Made by a program: the position numbers and the translations under genes. Source: Acholeplasmataceae bacterium (lineage in GTDB: Bacteria; Bacillota_I; Bacilli_A; Acholeplasmatales; Acholeplasmataceae). From it: 64,000 nucleotides of DNA. Below are positions 58,056 to 64,000 of this stretch, one piece after another. The DNA lies in contig OY775910.1 in assembly GCA_963675245.1 (NCBI GenBank), positions 352,001 through 416,000 on the forward strand. Direction: 5' to 3'. Every line of letters starts with the position of its first letter. Position 1 is the first letter of the stretch. Below the pieces are notes generated by a model that did no database searches, was not told the DNA's origin, and saw nothing but the letters and a program-made list of their open reading frames with translations.

Positions 58056-59624
58056 CTATATCACGAATTCACCGTTTTCAAAAGCAGTACTTGAGACTGT
58101 TTCAAGTAGCCAATCAATCCGTGAATCTACATAATTTTTTAAATATTCAATTTGTTTGATATAGGTGTTCGCTGCAACCACTTCAGTTGGATTTGGCCAA
58201 ATATATATATCCAAAGTTGGCCATAATATGAAGTTTTCATTCACTCTATTTAACATTGATTGTGAAACATCCGTCATTATTTTATCAGCTACCGTCTTAA
58301 GGGTTGGTAATATTTCTAGTGCGCGTTCTTGATATCTCAAACGCACTTCTGGTATTTCCATGATGAGATGATACCAATAGTTTTTATCTGACCTTAATCC
58401 ATAAAATCCTTCAGGCGAATAATCAATGTAATCAGCATTGCCATAAGCGAAATCAAAATCCCATAACGGTCCGAATTTTAATTGTTCACTATCTTTCTTC
58501 TTATATAAATAAACACTTGAATAACCTACATCAACATTCTTGGTTATTTCTTGTAAGAGGAAATAATCGATCCAATTATCAATATCAACATAGACACTAA
58601 TATCATCAATATTATCTGCGTTTTTAATGCTATCTGAGACATCTTTTAAATAGCTTGCTATTGCTTCATTAAATGTCGGTGTAAATGCTTCATCTTCATA
58701 ATCTGGTTCTTTTATGTTGTAAGCAATCCCATTATAAAATGTCCATTGTCTAGGATCAGTATCTGGGTTATCATCTGCATAATATCGATTGTCATATTCG
58801 ATAAAAAACGATAAATTATTGGTATTAAAATCAATATCAAAATCCAATTTATTCTCTTTAATTTCAACTTGTTCTGTTAAAACATATAATCCACGATATT
58901 CTAAATTGATATATAAATCAACGTATCTTGTTTCTAGTGCATGTTCAATACCAGATAGCTGTTTTGATAATTCATGCGTTAAGACATTTCTTAATAATGA
59001 TTTATCTGCGTATTCAGCAAGCAATACATATTCTTTTGCTTTAGGTAATCCTAATAAACTAATCTTTTCATCAAATTTTAGTTTGTATGGTTTCTTAGGG
59101 TAAGTGTACCATGTTGAATGACCTCTTCCTCTTATACGACCAACAACGTTTGATTCTATGAGATCCATCTGACCATTGACATTCGTCATTAAGGATGTTT
59201 CCATCGCGATATAGTCATCACGATTAATATCCTCAACATCACCATCAATATGAATATAAAGTGATGATTGGTGTTCAGCGGTTGTACCTGATAAAACACG
59301 TACATGATGATCAAATGTCAATGTCGTATTTTCTCTTGAAATAGTATATTGCATAATTACTTCTTCATCTTGATAAGATGGGTGATATGTATAACGATCG
59401 CCTTCCTCATATGTCATATCATTTAGCATATACGTTACATTAAAAGGATCATATGATGGAAACTCATAATCGGATGATAGGATTTCAGGAAGGGTTTCGT
59501 TGATGGTCGTTGATATCGCTCTGATCTCATCACTATAATCGTTTTCTTCTGGTAAAACAACTTGACATGCAATAAGACCTATAAGCAACATCGCGTATAT
59601 GAATAAACCAGTTATTTTTTTCAT
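58056..59624 (-). CDS. CotH kinase family lipoprotein
   Basis: Lipobox LIAC; RGRGHSTW..PKKPYKLK, DKSLLRN, Y.GLYVLTEQ, GPLWDFDFAYGN. Confidence 0.9.
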   Translation of the reverse strand: MKKITGLFIYAMLLIGLIACQVVLPEENDYSDEIRAISTTINETLPEILSSDYEFPSYDPFNVTYMLNDMTYEEGDRYTYHPSYQDEEVIMQYTISRENTTLTFDHHVRVLSGTTAEHQSSLYIHIDGDVEDINRDDYIAMETSLMTNVNGQMDLIESNVVGRIRGRGHSTWYTYPKKPYKLKFDEKISLLGLPKAKEYVLLAEYADKSLLRNVLTHELSKQLSGIEHALETRYVDLYINLEYRGLYVLTEQVEIKENKLDFDIDFNTNNLSFFIEYDNRYYADDNPDTDPRQWTFYNGIAYNIKEPDYEDEAFTPTFNEAIASYLKDVSDSIKNADNIDDISVYVDIDNWIDYFLLQEITKNVDVGYSSVYLYKKKDSEQLKFGPLWDFDFAYGNADYIDYSPEGFYGLRSDKNYWYHLIMEIPEVRLRYQERALEILPTLKTVADKIMTDVSQSMLNRVNENFILWPTLDIYIWPNPTEVVAANTYIKQIEYLKNYVDSRIDWLLETVSSTAFENGEFVI

Positions 59625-59656
59625 ATCTTTCTCCCTTTAAAGTAAAAGGCGTATTT

Positions 59657-59872
59657 CTACGCCTGTAAAAAACCTTGAAATAATGTTGAAAGGCGAACCA
59701 TGACTTCAGCTAATGTGTGAGCTGCGATTAATGCAATTAAAAAGTAAGCTGCCTTTATCTCCCAAACTTTAAACTTTTCAAATTTATTTTCAAAGTGTAT
59801 CGCTTGTAAAATACGAACGACAATTGCGAAAAAGATAATTAGTGATGTGAAATAAACAATGGATTCCATCAT
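59657..59872 (-). CDS. DUF1146 (YwzB-like) small membrane protein
   Basis: Two TM helices around LQAIHFENKFEK; lies directly after atpC as in Bacilli. Confidence 0.7.
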   Translation of the reverse strand: MMESIVYFTSLIIFFAIVVRILQAIHFENKFEKFKVWEIKAAYFLIALIAAHTLAEVMVRLSTLFQGFLQA

Positions 59873-59887
59873 ATAGATTCACTCCTT

Positions 59888-62505
<2,618 letters not shown>

Positions 62506-62506
<1 letters not shown>

Positions 62507-64000
62507 TATACGACCTTCTTCACATCGTGCACGAATTTGTGCATATCCTTTTCATCAGGAAGTGATTTTGTTTCAATTAAATGTTTATAAATCTTTTGGC
62601 CTAAATCGTTGTGGTGTAATCCTTGATGAATTTCACCTTGTAATTTAACGACTTGTTCCAAGTTAAGATCATCCATCATCCCACTTGATAATGCATAAAT
62701 CGTAACGATTTGTGTCGGCATTTCAATCAGTTCATGCACGTCTTGTTTCAAGATTTCAACAGTCTTTCTACCACGTTCTAAACGACGTTTTGCTTGTTGG
62801 TCTAAATCTGATCCAAATTGAGCAAATGATTCAAGTTCACGGTAGTTTGCTAAATTAATACGAAGCGTACCAGCCACTTTCTTCATCGCTTTCCATTGAG
62901 CAGCACCACCAACACGTGATACGGATAAACCGGCGTTAATCGCTGGACGGATACCACTGTAGAACAATTCAGTTTCTAAGAAGATTTGTCCATCTGTAAT
63001 CGAAATAACGTTGGTTGGAATATAGGCTGAAATATCGCCTGCTTTCGTTTCAATGATTGGAAGAGCGGTAATCGATCCACCACCAAGTTCCTCATTTAAT
63101 TTCGCAGAACGTTCAAGTAATCTTGAATGAAGATAGAAAACATCCCCAGGATATGCTTCACGTCCTGGTGGGCGTCTTAAGAGTAATGATAATTCACGAT
63201 ACGCAATCGCGTGTTTCGATAAATCATCATACACGATTAACACATCTTTACCTTGAGCCATGAAGTACTCACCCATCGTTACACCTGCAAATGGTGCAAG
63301 ATATAGTAGTGTCCCTTCTCTTGACGCACCGGCTGATACGATAATGGTGTAATCCATTGCATGTTGTTGTTGCAGTAATTGTGCTAATGCAGTGACAGAA
63401 GATTCTTTTTGTCCAATCGCCACATAAATACAAATAACGTCTTTACCTTTTTGATTGATAATGGTATCAATGGCTAACGTTGTTTTACCTGTTTGTCTAT
63501 CCCCAATAATAAGTTCACGTTGACCGCGCCCAATAGGTACAAGCGCATCAATGACTTTAATCCCTGTTTCCATAGATTCATTAACTGGTCCACGAGACAT
63601 AACGCCTTTCGCTTTACGCTCAACAGGTAACGTTTCTTTGGTTTCGATTAATCCAAGACCATCTAAAGGTTCTCCTAATGGATTAACAACACGTCCAAGC
63701 ATCGCTTTGCCAACAGGTACTTCAAAGATCTTTTTGGTTGTTTTAACCAAATCGCCTTCTTTAATCAAATCGCCTTGACCTAAAAGAATCACCCCAACGT
63801 GGCTTTCCTCCAAGTTAAAGACTAGGCCTTTAACATGATGTGGGAATTCTAATAATTCACCCATCATCGCTTGATGAAGACCGTATACAATGGCAATCCC
63901 ATCCCCTACGGACAAGACTTTACCAATATTTTCTAATTTAACATCCGATTCAAAAGATTCAATTTGCTGTTTAATGACCTCAGTCATTTCAGTTACTTTA
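62506..64000 (-). CDS. atpA: F1 ATP synthase alpha subunit (true start may lie just outside the window)
   Basis: [30 protein letters not shown]; frame is open to the window edge. Confidence 0.97.

Overview
This is a low-GC chromosomal window, mostly coded on the minus strand. It most likely comes from a free-living, wall-less Mollicute of the Acholeplasmatales/Izemoplasmatales type; this is an inference from TGA serving as stop, TGG for Trp, Firmicute-like gene order with wall genes missing, and very acidic surface proteins. Contents in order: an ArsR/ArsP-like pair, a Sel1-repeat protein, uvrB, a Na/Pi cotransporter, a ppdK-pfkA / PPi-PFK cluster, a 2804-aa membrane-anchored repeat protein, a CDF transporter, dnaE, flavodoxin, an Ig-like repeat protein, a heterodimeric ABC exporter, an XRE/TPR-like regulator, nth-dnaD-rnc-plsX-recG, a 7-gene shikimate/tyrosine operon, PadR-DUF1700, two DegV genes, mscL, rlmH, yycJ, a doubled PrsA-like lipoprotein, an intact ISL3, a nonsense-interrupted gene, yhaM, cca, yigZ, a CotH lipoprotein and atpAGDC. 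The top observation is absent from the ORF track: a 15-codon Tyr-rich leader peptide (MLNYKTVSYAYYYYR) followed by a hairpin and an intrinsic terminator just upstream of aroF-tyrA. This looks like a ribosome-stalling tyrosine attenuator where a T-box would be expected. Second is the giant protein with about 11 tandem 96-aa repeats. All calls come from motif recognition by eye; no searches were run.
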